This document shows positions 10,053-19,249 of a stretch of 64,000 nucleotides of DNA, in pieces (position 1 is the first letter of the stretch; each line of letters begins with the position of its first letter). Source of the stretch: a virus (taxonomy: Duplodnaviria; Caudoviricetes); IMG/VR virus record IMGVR_UViG_3300028591_000119, positions 1 to 64,000 of that record. One strand, written 5' to 3'. The position numbers and the translations under genes are program-made. The notes under the pieces are model-generated. The model had not been told where the DNA came from, searched no databases, and saw nothing but the letters and a program-made list of their open reading frames with translations.

Positions 10053-10706
10053 ACTTTCCACATTTCTTAAAACATAGTGATCTTCCCTAGATAGTTTTAA
10101 GGCGTATGAAGACAGTACAACTAATCTGGAAATACTGTCTTTATACGCTTCGATACCTATAGATTGTTTATCAGTATTGATTCTTGGAATATCTGAACGA
10201 TTAATTACGTTGAAAGGTTTTATTTTTTTATTTTGTTGCATAAGATATGCTAATAAATCTTTCAATGTATTTTCTTGAAACACATTAAACGAACCATTAG
10301 GTTCATTTATTTCTAAACAAATCGATTCAATAGATTTATCTGGGGTATTACTTAAATCTTTAACATTGATTTCATGTAGCGGACAGTATTCTGGTAAGTA
10401 TTTACTCATCTTACTTGAATATAATTTAAATATACTGGAATGTCCTGCCTTGTTATTCGGTGTGATGTGGTATATATTACCCATAGATGTAATAATCCAG
10501 TTATAATATGTACCGAATTTGTTAAAATGTTGAACTTCTCGTATCAGATAATCTTTAATTCTAGAATCATCATTAACAAACGTTTGTCCATGTGTATTAA
10601 ACATTTTCGCATCTAATGATATTACTCTGGTGTTCCCATCCATTTCGGATGGGAATATTTCATTTTCATTTTCATAACTAATTTGTGTATAACATATTTC
10701 TTTCAT
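10041..10706 (-). CDS. degenerate N-acetylmuramoyl-L-alanine amidase (amidase_2-like fold)
   Basis: YNWII...GNIY, AGH, SICLE and Q..TL.DLLAYL.....I...NVINR pattern; the expected Zn-binding His residues are not evident. Confidence 0.45.
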   Translation of the reverse strand: MKEICYTQISYENENEIFPSEMDGNTRVISLDAKMFNTHGQTFVNDDSRIKDYLIREVQHFNKFGTYYNWIITSMGNIYHITPNNKAGHSSIFKLYSSKMSKYLPEYCPLHEINVKDLSNTPDKSIESICLEINEPNGSFNVFQENTLKDLLAYLMQQNKKIKPFNVINRSDIPRINTDKQSIGIEAYKDSISRLVVLSSYALKLSREDHYVLRNVESLTI

Positions 10707-10725
10707 TTTTTTATTCCACCCATTT

Positions 10726-12732
10726 TTATAATATTGCATCTTCTAAAGGAGATTCTATTTGTTTTCCACCATTGCGTAATCTAGCAACCATACTCACCAA
10801 ATTATTTCTAGCATCACCAGACGTTAAAGATGACCATACTGAAGAATATTTTGGTAATAAACGTATATTAATCATTTTCCATGCCTTATGATCGATCTTA
10901 GGATTATCTTTAATTTTATATCTAAACGGTCTAGTTAGATCTGATGAATCTCGACATATTTCAGACACGATCAATTCAATAGATCTTTGAGAGAGATTTG
11001 ATAAACTTACACCATTATATGCAGAAGCTTCGGTCCAGTATTTAGCTAATTCTTCATAGTTTAATATGTTAGGAAAATATCCCAAAGTGAATATGTTCAA
11101 TACTGTATTTGCTACATTAGAATCAACGATGATATTTTTATTCTTAATGAATAAATCACCTGTTTTAAATGAAACTAAAACATATTTATCACTTTTATCT
11201 TCTTCAATATTGTGTCTAATATCGTTGATAGATGATGGACAGGTTAAAATTTTACCAATATGTTTAAAGAAGAGATGTTTAGGAGTATCTTTTTCAATAT
11301 CTTCTTCAGTCTCATAGATTTTTATCTCAAATAAACCGAAAATATTAACGTCTTTACCAACAATTTCAGCAATGCTATGATCAATGAATTCTTCTGGGAA
11401 TTCGAATTCAGCTTTGGCACATTTTAGGATAATAGATCCGTCTTTAGTTTCTTCAAAATATTTATCGATTTCTTTATCGTCCATCTTGGTAATGTTTTTA
11501 TAATCAAGATTATAGAGACAAGAACGCCAATTAATAACTGTGGTTTTAACTGTAGAGTCATGGAATGCCTTAAGAGATTTATTCAAGAATGTACTTGTAA
11601 GTTTCTGACTAGCAAATCCTACATTGCTTAATCCCATTCGTTGATACAAACCACCTACACATTTCCAGCAAAAACATCCATTATCAGTCATACAATATAA
11701 TGGAGATCTATATTCAACGTGTTTTCCTATAAAAGAATTCAATATATCAGGTGTTACACAGATAAATTCATCAGGATTATTTTCATCTCTTACATATGCC
11801 CATTTTATAGTTTCCAGATTTTTTTCAGTAACATCTATTCCGATAGTCATTTGACTACCACAATCGTCTTCTACAACACGTTGACCTTGAAAAGCTTGAA
11901 CGAATTCTTTAGTTTTAGCTCCACCTTTTTGAGTATTAACGGCGCGGTTATATGCACCAAATACAGCTTGGTTAGCATACAGATAGTTTTCTTCAGGAGA
12001 TATACCTTCACTAAAACTATTAGTACTTATTTTGTATTTACCGGTGGTGATATCTAGAATAGGACCTACTTCTAGAAACATATTTTTAAATACGTTATCG
12101 AACTTTGGTTTTCCACCTTTAGCATAAATCAACCATCCTGGTTCATTGTGATCGATAAACCATTTTTTAGCAAATGCTAGTATAGGTTTTTCAACATTAT
12201 TGATATATTTAGCAGTATCGCCTGCTAATATTACGTCTCTGTTAGCATCAATTAATTCTTGAAGTTTATTTCTGATTTCTGGTGGTAAAACCATGAGGTT
12301 GTCACTACTTCCAGGAACTAATATTTCTGTGAAGTTATTTAACCAAATTATACGTGTTTGAAATTTTCCAAACTCGGCGCCAGTAATTCTTCCCATTAAA
12401 ACTTCATCACAGAGATAATTTTGAAGTTTCTCAAAATCATCGTTTCGCATAGTCTTATTAATGTATTCTACTTTATCACCGAATGCCGCAGCAATAACTA
12501 CAAGATTAAAAATATATCTTCCAACAGTGGTTTCAGTATCGAATTTTATATTTGGAAGAGTTCCTTTAGGTACAGTAATTTTGTCCGTAGGAAAAAACAT
12601 TGGGGGTTGTACATCCATTTTACCATTAGGCAAAGGATGAACTGATTTGTTAAAAAGTCTATAGATATCGGTCATTAGGATTTTATCAGGTCTTAACGAG
12701 AATAAATATGATATTTTGCTTTCTTCTGTCAT
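10726..12732 (-). CDS. phage multisubunit RNA polymerase beta-prime subunit, C-terminal fragment (virion RNAP type)
   Basis: TTVGRYIFN, NSFSEGISPEE, bridge-helix RAVNTQKGG, EDDCGS, RSPLYC...CWKC.G (Zn site) and trigger-loop LKAFH. No NADFDGD, so the gene is split. Confidence 0.88.
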   Translation of the reverse strand: MTEESKISYLFSLRPDKILMTDIYRLFNKSVHPLPNGKMDVQPPMFFPTDKITVPKGTLPNIKFDTETTVGRYIFNLVVIAAAFGDKVEYINKTMRNDDFEKLQNYLCDEVLMGRITGAEFGKFQTRIIWLNNFTEILVPGSSDNLMVLPPEIRNKLQELIDANRDVILAGDTAKYINNVEKPILAFAKKWFIDHNEPGWLIYAKGGKPKFDNVFKNMFLEVGPILDITTGKYKISTNSFSEGISPEENYLYANQAVFGAYNRAVNTQKGGAKTKEFVQAFQGQRVVEDDCGSQMTIGIDVTEKNLETIKWAYVRDENNPDEFICVTPDILNSFIGKHVEYRSPLYCMTDNGCFCWKCVGGLYQRMGLSNVGFASQKLTSTFLNKSLKAFHDSTVKTTVINWRSCLYNLDYKNITKMDDKEIDKYFEETKDGSIILKCAKAEFEFPEEFIDHSIAEIVGKDVNIFGLFEIKIYETEEDIEKDTPKHLFFKHIGKILTCPSSINDIRHNIEEDKSDKYVLVSFKTGDLFIKNKNIIVDSNVANTVLNIFTLGYFPNILNYEELAKYWTEASAYNGVSLSNLSQRSIELIVSEICRDSSDLTRPFRYKIKDNPKIDHKAWKMINIRLLPKYSSVWSSLTSGDARNNLVSMVARLRNGGKQIESPLEDAIL

Positions 12733-12756
12733 ATTTTGACTCCAATTATTATTTTA

Positions 12757-12770
12757 AACATTAAAATGTT
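12757..12770. promoter_or_regulatory. quasi-palindromic late-type promoter motif between divergent genes
   Basis: AACATTAAAATGTT reads AACATTAAAATG on + and AACATTTTAATG on -. Confidence 0.55.
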
Positions 12771-12808
12771 TTTTCTCTTATATATTTTATATTGGTAGGT
12801 TTTAAATT

Positions 12809-14005
12809 ATGAAAATGATATCGACTATTAAAGAATTGAAAAATATAAAATCTCGTGAAAGTTTTTCTTATATTTGTCGTAAATGTGGAAAAATCACAGT
12901 CGTAAAAACGTCTTATAAACCATGTATGTTAAAAAGATATTCGACTTTTGAATGTCCGTCATGTTATAAGTATCGTGAAAGATATATAGAAAATAATATA
13001 CCGCTTATCGATGCAAATAGTATTTCTAAGATTGATAAATTGAAACAAAATACGCCTTTCAAAATCAAATGCTCATCTTGTGGAAGAATATATACTATAC
13101 ATTCGTTTAGACATTATAGAATACCAGAATATAAACGTTTATTGTGTCGTAAATGTTCATGCAAAATAGTAGCAAATAAAGAATCGACTATAACTAATAG
13201 ATTTAAAACTAATCTTAAAAGATACGGTGTAAAATCCGTGAGTCAAGCACCAAAAATTAAAGATAAAATCAAATCTGTTAAATTAAAAAGATACGGTGAT
13301 CCATATTATACTAATAGGAAAAAAGCTTTTGAAACATTAAATACAAAATACGGTATAAATAATCCTAATAAAGTTGATCCATTTAAATCAGTTATGTCTA
13401 GACTTGATAAATATGGGTCGGTTGTCCCGAATTATAAATATAATTATTATGGTATATATTTTGATTCTTCATGGGAATTAGCAGTTTGGATATATTATAT
13501 AGATAATAATATTCCTATTATTAGAAATTCATGTACTTTTAATTATACTGATATGTATAATAGAATTCATTATTATCAACCTGATTTCATTATTAATAGT
13601 AATTATGTAGAAGTGAAAGGTCCTCAATTCTGGAATAATGGTAATATGATATATCCATATAATAAAAAGAAAGTTAATGGTGGTGTATGGATACCATTAA
13701 CTAAAGAAGAAAAAGAATTCATGGATGATCTTTATGAAAGAAAACACCAATGCGGTTTATCTAATAATGTATTATTCTTAACTAATAAAGATATATTACC
13801 TTATTTAGAATATTGTAATAATAAATATCCTAATTGGAATATATTATTTAGAAAAGATAATATATTTAATCCTAGTTATTATAATTACATCTCTTTATAT
13901 AATAATAATGGAATAACTCCATTTGATATTAATAAGAATGATAAATATATAGATATAAAAAGTAAAGGTATAACACCTTATGATATTAAACAATATAATG
14001 ATTGA
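12809..14005 (+). CDS. free-standing PD-(D/E)XK endonuclease with Zn ribbons, (K/R)YG repeats and C-terminal tandem GITPFD tail
   Basis: Four CxxC pairs, KRYG repeats, FDSSWE, YQPDF...VEVKG; ends GITPFDINKNDKYIDIKSKGITPYDI. Confidence 0.8.
   Translation: MKMISTIKELKNIKSRESFSYICRKCGKITVVKTSYKPCMLKRYSTFECPSCYKYRERYIENNIPLIDANSISKIDKLKQNTPFKIKCSSCGRIYTIHSFRHYRIPEYKRLLCRKCSCKIVANKESTITNRFKTNLKRYGVKSVSQAPKIKDKIKSVKLKRYGDPYYTNRKKAFETLNTKYGINNPNKVDPFKSVMSRLDKYGSVVPNYKYNYYGIYFDSSWELAVWIYYIDNNIPIIRNSCTFNYTDMYNRIHYYQPDFIINSNYVEVKGPQFWNNGNMIYPYNKKKVNGGVWIPLTKEEKEFMDDLYERKHQCGLSNNVLFLTNKDILPYLEYCNNKYPNWNILFRKDNIFNPSYYNYISLYNNNGITPFDINKNDKYIDIKSKGITPYDIKQYND
13872..13977 (+). repeat. 106-bp exact direct repeat, copy 2
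   Basis: Identical to 1-106; 13931-13984 also matches the reverse complement of 21150-21203 at 51/54. Confidence 0.97.
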
Positions 14006-14018
14006 TAATGGAGGCAAT

Positions 14019-14597
14019 ATGAAATTATATTTTAAACAAAAATCATTATTTGCGTGGATAGTGTATAATATTTTACGTTTTATACCTATTATATTATTTT
14101 CTTGGATATTTTATATAGTTTACTATTTTAAATATCTTAAAAAGAAAGAAAACGGAGAATATTCTGTTTTATTAAATCGGTGGCTTGAAGCGTGCAAAGA
14201 TGAAAACTCTTTAGTAAAATATTTTAGTGATCAATATAATTATAAATATGATTTAGTTGGTGGATTTATGGATCACGATTCTGGACTACATGAATGGTTA
14301 ATAGGAAATGGTGATTGTGATGATATGGCATTATACTCTAAAAAGGCATTGAAAAAATTAGGTTATGAATCCTATAGAATAGGTATCATGTGGTTTCCTA
14401 AACATAAATTACCAATATTACATTTTGATTGTTTAACTGTTGAACGAGACGATAACGGAAACGTAATTAAAGCCAGACTATTTAATTATGGAAACGAAAT
14501 ATCTTCTACTTCAATAGAAGAAACATTATACACTCTTACAGGTAGATATACAAATGATAGAAATACTAAAACTAAAGTTTGTGTATGTTTACACTAA
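14019..14597 (+). CDS. membrane-anchored transglutaminase-like cysteine protease
   Basis: N-terminal TM segment, GDCDDMA catalytic motif and a downstream H. GGAGG RBS before ATG 14019. Confidence 0.65.
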   Translation: MKLYFKQKSLFAWIVYNILRFIPIILFSWIFYIVYYFKYLKKKENGEYSVLLNRWLEACKDENSLVKYFSDQYNYKYDLVGGFMDHDSGLHEWLIGNGDCDDMALYSKKALKKLGYESYRIGIMWFPKHKLPILHFDCLTVERDDNGNVIKARLFNYGNEISSTSIEETLYTLTGRYTNDRNTKTKVCVCLH

Positions 14598-14663
14598 TGA
14601 GAAGGGGGCGTAATATTATGAAGAAAACTATCATTCTTTTCGTACAAGTTTAAATTATTACAA

Positions 14664-14698
14664 AAAAGAAAACCGCCTTACATTGGCGGTTTTCTTTT
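14664..14698. terminator. bidirectional intrinsic terminator
   Basis: AAAAGAAAACCGCC-TTACATT-GGCGGTTTTCTTTT. Confidence 0.85.
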
Positions 14699-14716
14699 TA
14701 AGGTTTAAAGACGAGA

Positions 14717-15328
14717 TTACAATGACATCATCTTACTAGCCATCATATCAGCAGTATGAAGAAGTAACACTTCTGGATATTTTTCGCACATTTTTCCGAA
14801 GTTTATAGTTTCTTCATTGTTAGCATTAAATGCTCCCATGTGATATGCAACAGCAAATTCCCAAGCTTCACTACTTAATTGTACGCCACATTTCATGATA
14901 CGACGCAATGATTCGGAACCATGAGGAAGACCAAGGTTGTCTTTATAAAAGTATTTGTTGTCTTTATCGTTGAAGCCGTAAGAACCAACTTTACAAAGAT
15001 CATGGAATATACACGCGATAGGATCAACGTGGTATACTTTAAATACCGGAGCCAAATCCTTTGCACATAAATACACTGCTACCGAATGTTCAAATAAACC
15101 GCCTGGGTAAGCACCATGATATTTAGCAGAAGCAGGGCTAGATAAAAATTCAGGATATTTCATCAAGATAGTTTTAATATCCTCACGATCTTTATCTGTG
15201 AACATCCGTATAACGCGCTCATCAGTACCGTCTTCTTTATGATAACTGATATCTGAGATATCGCCTCGCTCTTTGATATCGTTACCGAAACTACGAATTG
15301 CCTCAATTTCATTTGTCCATTTTGTCAT
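14717..15328 (-). CDS. HD-domain phosphohydrolase (YhaM-like HD family)
   Basis: PASAKYHGAYPGGLFEHS, FHDLCK, HG.ES, YHMG and HTADM. Confidence 0.88.
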   Translation of the reverse strand: MTKWTNEIEAIRSFGNDIKERGDISDISYHKEDGTDERVIRMFTDKDREDIKTILMKYPEFLSSPASAKYHGAYPGGLFEHSVAVYLCAKDLAPVFKVYHVDPIACIFHDLCKVGSYGFNDKDNKYFYKDNLGLPHGSESLRRIMKCGVQLSSEAWEFAVAYHMGAFNANNEETINFGKMCEKYPEVLLLHTADMMASKMMSL

Positions 15329-15329
15329 A

Positions 15330-15632
15330 TTATTTTTCTCCTAATGTTTCTTTTCCACCTAAAATCATAATGTGATTAGTAACTTCCTTAGGTTGATTAT
15401 CACTAGTAATCATTAATCTGACACAATGTTCATGCTTTTCTCCATCATCATCGATAACAACCAAATCGCCTTCTTCGTTTATAGGTAACTTAGTGTGTTC
15501 ATCGATATCTTGTGTATTGACGACGATTTCATTGTTAATGAACCCAGGAATTCCCACTAATGCTTCGCATAGAAAATCATGCAATTTTAACGCTTTTTCT
15601 TTTGAAGCGTTTTCAAAAACTAAAGTTAACAT
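15330..15632 (-). CDS. hypothetical protein
   Basis: TAAGGAG RBS and TATATATTTT early-type motif upstream. Confidence 0.8.
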   Translation of the reverse strand: MLTLVFENASKEKALKLHDFLCEALVGIPGFINNEIVVNTQDIDEHTKLPINEEGDLVVIDDDGEKHEHCVRLMITSDNQPKEVTNHIMILGGKETLGEK

Positions 15633-15688
15633 ATTTTATCTCCTTATATGTATTCTATGACTAAAATATATAAATAAACCTATATTTT

Positions 15689-15700
15689 GACATAATTATG
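15689..15700 (+). promoter_or_regulatory. late-type promoter motif GACATAATTATG
   Basis: Matches RACAT-N5-TG upstream of a structural gene. Confidence 0.6.
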
Positions 15701-15734
15701 AATTTGAATTTTAACTATAAATAAGAGGTTAAGT

Positions 15735-17222
15735 ATGGCATATTTTAAGAGCGGAAATACGAGTGTAACGCCATCTAACAATAATACAACTATACGACAT
15801 GGAGATGGGGCAGCACTAATTAAACCGCATGAAGTCGAACAACGTATAGGTAACGCCGTAATACAAGATAAATTAGATGTAAAAAATACACCGTTAAGCA
15901 GATTAACTTCTATAACTACATCGGTTATCTATTATGCACACGACACTTCAGATAGAAATGATTATATTACTAATACGGGAAATATCAGTTCTGTATCTGT
16001 AAATAAAGAAGCTTTAAATAAAATCAAAGATTTTGTTATTATTTGTCAAGATGCGCTCAATGTTTCACTTGAAAAGAATGAAAATAAAAATTCTTTAATG
16101 GGTGAAGCAAGTGCTAAAATTTTACCTAAAACTATAAAGCCACTTATAAATGATCATTTCGTAATGCAAACTCTTGATAAGAGAAATCTTTATCGAGTAA
16201 CAGATGTTAATAAAACATCTATAGAAAACGATAGTGCATATGAAATAACTTATCAATTAGTAGAAGAAAACGCTAGTCACAATACTACACTTTTAAGTGA
16301 ACTTGAAAAGAATGTAGTGGCTACATTCCGATTCGTTTATTCTCACGTTGGTACAGAATTTAGAACACTTTTCAGAGAAGATGAATATAGTGCACTCGCT
16401 ACATTGGAACAAATGTATGGAGATATAGCTAGCGCATATGTTGAAAATTTTTACAATAAAGATAAAAATACATTTATTTTACCATACGATTGTACAACTA
16501 TTAAAGATGAATACGGTTCATCTTTAGCAGAATCTCGACTGATGGAAAAAAGATATTATTCGGTTAATCTTGAAAATGAAGAAATGGAACCGCCTAGATT
16601 GAATAATTCTGACGTATGGTACGGTTCATTAATGTACGATAGAATGCTTATCGAATTTATCACAAGAACATCGTTGTTCACTAATGTAGATAGGCATACT
16701 TACTATATCAGTAAATTACAAGAAGATTTAGAAAGATGGTATAGTAAAACTATATTCTATGCATTGGAACACCAATCTGTAGGTAAATTGACTTTTAAAT
16801 ACCATTTACCTTCTCCTATAACTAGAATAACTGTAGCCTCAACTATGAATTTGTATGGTTTAGTTAGTTTGGAACCTTTACCTGGATACGTAGATGGTTG
16901 TCTTTCCTTATATCCTAAATGTCTCATTAAATATCTTTATTGGGAAGGATGTAAAGATAGAAGTATCAAAGACGTTACATTGAATACATATTCTTCTATA
17001 GTAGATTTCATATGTGAAATTATAGGTTTATATGTAAATAAAAGAGAAGATGCTTTATTGAGTAGATTACTTTTACTTAATGAGCATTTCAGTGAATTCT
17101 CGGAAATAGGTATAAGAGATCAGAATGAATTCTATCTATTCCCATTACTAGCATTTGTTATAAGAAAAATGATGGATCGTTTAAGCGATGCTAATTTCGG
17201 TTTATCAATGAATGCTGTTTAA
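15735..17222 (+). CDS. jumbo-phage virion structural protein (probable neck/head-completion type)
   Basis: The GEASAKILPKTIKPLINDHF...LYRVTDV pattern is recalled from conserved phiKZ/AR9-like structural proteins; late-type promoter. Confidence 0.5.
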   Translation: MAYFKSGNTSVTPSNNNTTIRHGDGAALIKPHEVEQRIGNAVIQDKLDVKNTPLSRLTSITTSVIYYAHDTSDRNDYITNTGNISSVSVNKEALNKIKDFVIICQDALNVSLEKNENKNSLMGEASAKILPKTIKPLINDHFVMQTLDKRNLYRVTDVNKTSIENDSAYEITYQLVEENASHNTTLLSELEKNVVATFRFVYSHVGTEFRTLFREDEYSALATLEQMYGDIASAYVENFYNKDKNTFILPYDCTTIKDEYGSSLAESRLMEKRYYSVNLENEEMEPPRLNNSDVWYGSLMYDRMLIEFITRTSLFTNVDRHTYYISKLQEDLERWYSKTIFYALEHQSVGKLTFKYHLPSPITRITVASTMNLYGLVSLEPLPGYVDGCLSLYPKCLIKYLYWEGCKDRSIKDVTLNTYSSIVDFICEIIGLYVNKREDALLSRLLLLNEHFSEFSEIGIRDQNEFYLFPLLAFVIRKMMDRLSDANFGLSMNAV

Positions 17223-17236
17223 CGAAATTTATAAAA

Positions 17237-17268
17237 AATAAAACAGACACGAAAGTGTCTGTTTTATT
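17237..17268. terminator. bidirectional intrinsic terminator
   Basis: AATAAAACAGACAC-GAAA-GTGTCTGTTTTATT with a GNRA loop. Confidence 0.88.
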
Positions 17269-17287
17269 TATTTGTCAGAAGCTGAAA

Positions 17288-17998
17288 CTAGTTCTTGTTT
17301 TTGATAATGTTTCCGATTGGCTCAGAATATTCATCATCAATGTGTTTCTGCAGTTTTTCATCCTTCTTTTTATTAGAAGTTTTCTTTTTCTTCTCTTCAA
17401 CAGCAGGCTTTGGTTCAGCTTCAATAGGTTCAGCGGATTCTTCAACTTCAGAAATAATATCACTGCTACCATCTACAATAGCTTCAGAGATTTCTTCCTT
17501 ACGTTTTCCCCATTTTCCATCCCACTTTGTAAGTGCGAATCGGAACGTGATAGATACGATTTCTCCACTCTTAGTGTAACCATATCTATCGATGGCGAAC
17601 TTATGAGCCGCCATCGCGTCAGTGTAGAGTTGGTGCAGCATTGGTGAAAATTCTTTAGAATTTTCATATGACAACATACTTACCATGTACTTTAGTACAC
17701 GGCTCAACTCTGGATTTTTCACAGCGTATCCGTCTTCGAGACGAATCGTTACTAATTTGATTACAGAGATATCTTCTCTGTCGTCCATTGGAGTTTCAAT
17801 CTTCTTCACAGAAGCTTTCTTCCATGGGAAGTTATTGATTAATACCTTGCAAGTATGAGATGCCATCTCCATACATGCCCCGTACTTTGAAAGTCCATTT
17901 TTATATCCTGCCTCTTCAGGATATTCGCAATTTTCCCCCAATTCAGAGAATAGCATTTTGCTGAAATTAATTTTTTGGTTTTCTCTTTGTTCACCCAT
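17288..17998 (-). CDS. hypothetical protein with acidic/Lys-rich disordered C-terminus
   Basis: AAGGAG RBS, TATATATTTT motif upstream and terminator downstream. Confidence 0.8.
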   Translation of the reverse strand: MGEQRENQKINFSKMLFSELGENCEYPEEAGYKNGLSKYGACMEMASHTCKVLINNFPWKKASVKKIETPMDDREDISVIKLVTIRLEDGYAVKNPELSRVLKYMVSMLSYENSKEFSPMLHQLYTDAMAAHKFAIDRYGYTKSGEIVSITFRFALTKWDGKWGKRKEEISEAIVDGSSDIISEVEESAEPIEAEPKPAVEEKKKKTSNKKKDEKLQKHIDDEYSEPIGNIIKNKN

Positions 17999-18192
17999 AA
18001 TTTTATCTCCTTTGTAGAACTTTTATTTTTTTATCTTTATTCTACATAAATAAAATATATAAAGAAAAACGCATTTGATAAAAAATAACCCTTACTCACA
18101 CTTTTGTGTTTTCAGGAATTATTTCTACAATTTAGTGATTGTATTGAATCCTATCATTTGACCATATATAAATAGTATTAAAAATAAAATAA

Positions 18193-18216
18193 AAAAGAGA
18201 CCCGAAGGTCTCTTTT
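18193..18216 (-). terminator. intrinsic terminator
   Basis: AAAAGAGACC-CGAA-GGTCTCTTTT; the loop reads TTCG on the minus strand. Confidence 0.85.
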
Positions 18217-18226
18217 CATACTCTAC

Positions 18227-18385
18227 CTACGCTGTTCTTTTCATCTGTTTAAGAACTGCTTCAAATTGTCTCTTGAGACGTTCTTCTTCAGATATTGAGA
18301 TGGCATCTTTTTTAACCATCTCCTGACAACGTTTGATCTTAACAGCTTCACTGAGCTGTTTATTATAAGTATTATACATATTCAT
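18227..18385 (-). CDS. 52-aa small protein missing from the ORF track (MNMYNTYNKQLSEAVKIKRCQEMVKKDAISISEEERLKRQFEAVLKQMKRTA)
   Basis: GAGGAG RBS, its own ACGTTTATATTAT motif, a 5' hairpin and a terminator. Confidence 0.8.
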   Translation of the reverse strand: MNMYNTYNKQLSEAVKIKRCQEMVKKDAISISEEERLKRQFEAVLKQMKRTA

Positions 18386-18424
18386 ATTCAATCTCCTCGT
18401 ATACACATTTTAGTATATACTTTA

Positions 18425-18451
18425 TTTTATTCACTAATATAATATAAACGT
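18425..18451 (-). promoter_or_regulatory. early-type promoter cassette (inverted repeat of 19223-19249)
   Basis: ACGTTTATATTATATTAGTGAATAAAA, 26/27 identical to 19223-19249. Confidence 0.7.
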
Positions 18452-18491
18452 GAGATGACATAATAAATGAAATTATATAGGAGGTTTTAAA

Positions 18492-19160
18492 ATGATATCT
18501 GAAATAGAAATTAAATCTATGTTATCTCAACGTAGAATATTGGGTATTCTATGTATTTTATTGGCACCTTGTTCATTATTATTTGGTTTAATCGGAGCAA
18601 AATATAATGAACCGTACTGGTACACTTCTATATCAAGTACATATTATGCAAATTCTAAAATTATAATGATCGGTTTATTGTTTGCTACGTCCGTTTTCTT
18701 TTTCTCATATAAAGGATATGATATAAAAGACAGAATATGTTCTTTAATTGAAGCTATCAGTGCTATGGGAATTATAATTTTTCCAAATGGAGATACTCGA
18801 ATGAAAGAAGTTACAGGTTTATTCTGTTTACCTCTACATATCAGTGCAATAATTCATAATACATGTGCCGCTATATTATTCATAACATTTGGTATTAATA
18901 TCTTATGTTTATTTACTATAGGCGATAAAACTAATCCTAAAAAACGCCAACGTAATATGGTTTATTATATTTGCGGTATATTGATTTTTTTAGGAATTTT
19001 ATCTCAATTTTTTTATATCGTATTTTTATTTAAATATAACAACCATAGTGTTATAACTATGATTAATGAATTCGTAATGTTAGTAGCGTTCGGATTTGCT
19101 TATTTAGTTAAATCCGAGTCTATATTTTCATTAAATGATATTTCCTCTAAGGTTTCATAG
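18492..19160 (+). CDS. polytopic membrane protein, DUF998-like
   Basis: About 6 TM helices; RR.LG.L, SIS..YY, YKGYD..D and H...A.LFF motifs. Confidence 0.6.
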   Translation: MISEIEIKSMLSQRRILGILCILLAPCSLLFGLIGAKYNEPYWYTSISSTYYANSKIIMIGLLFATSVFFFSYKGYDIKDRICSLIEAISAMGIIIFPNGDTRMKEVTGLFCLPLHISAIIHNTCAAILFITFGINILCLFTIGDKTNPKKRQRNMVYYICGILIFLGILSQFFYIVFLFKYNNHSVITMINEFVMLVAFGFAYLVKSESIFSLNDISSKVS

Positions 19161-19173
19161 TCATTTTAATAAT

Positions 19174-19205
19174 AAATCCTGCCTAAAAAGGCAGGATTTT
19201 TTTTT
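19174..19205 (+). terminator. intrinsic terminator
   Basis: AAATCCTGCCT-AAAA-AGGCAGGATTT plus a long T tract. Confidence 0.88.
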
Positions 19206-19221
19206 ATTTTATATGGGTTTC

Positions 19222-19249
19222 GACGTTCATATTATATTAGTGAATAAAA
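19222..19249 (+). promoter_or_regulatory. early-type promoter cassette GACGTTCATATTAT
   Basis: 14-mer identical to 31385-31398; inverted copy at 18425-18451. Confidence 0.7.

Noticed and set aside
10726-12732. Intron or intein in the RNAP genes (as in AR9)
   Set aside because: Both RNAP fragments are continuous, with no intein termini or frame breaks.
1-13977. 106-bp repeat as the template/variable repeat pair of a diversity-generating retroelement
   Set aside because: The copies are identical with no adenine-specific mismatches, both are in-frame gene ends, and no reverse transcriptase is visible in the window.
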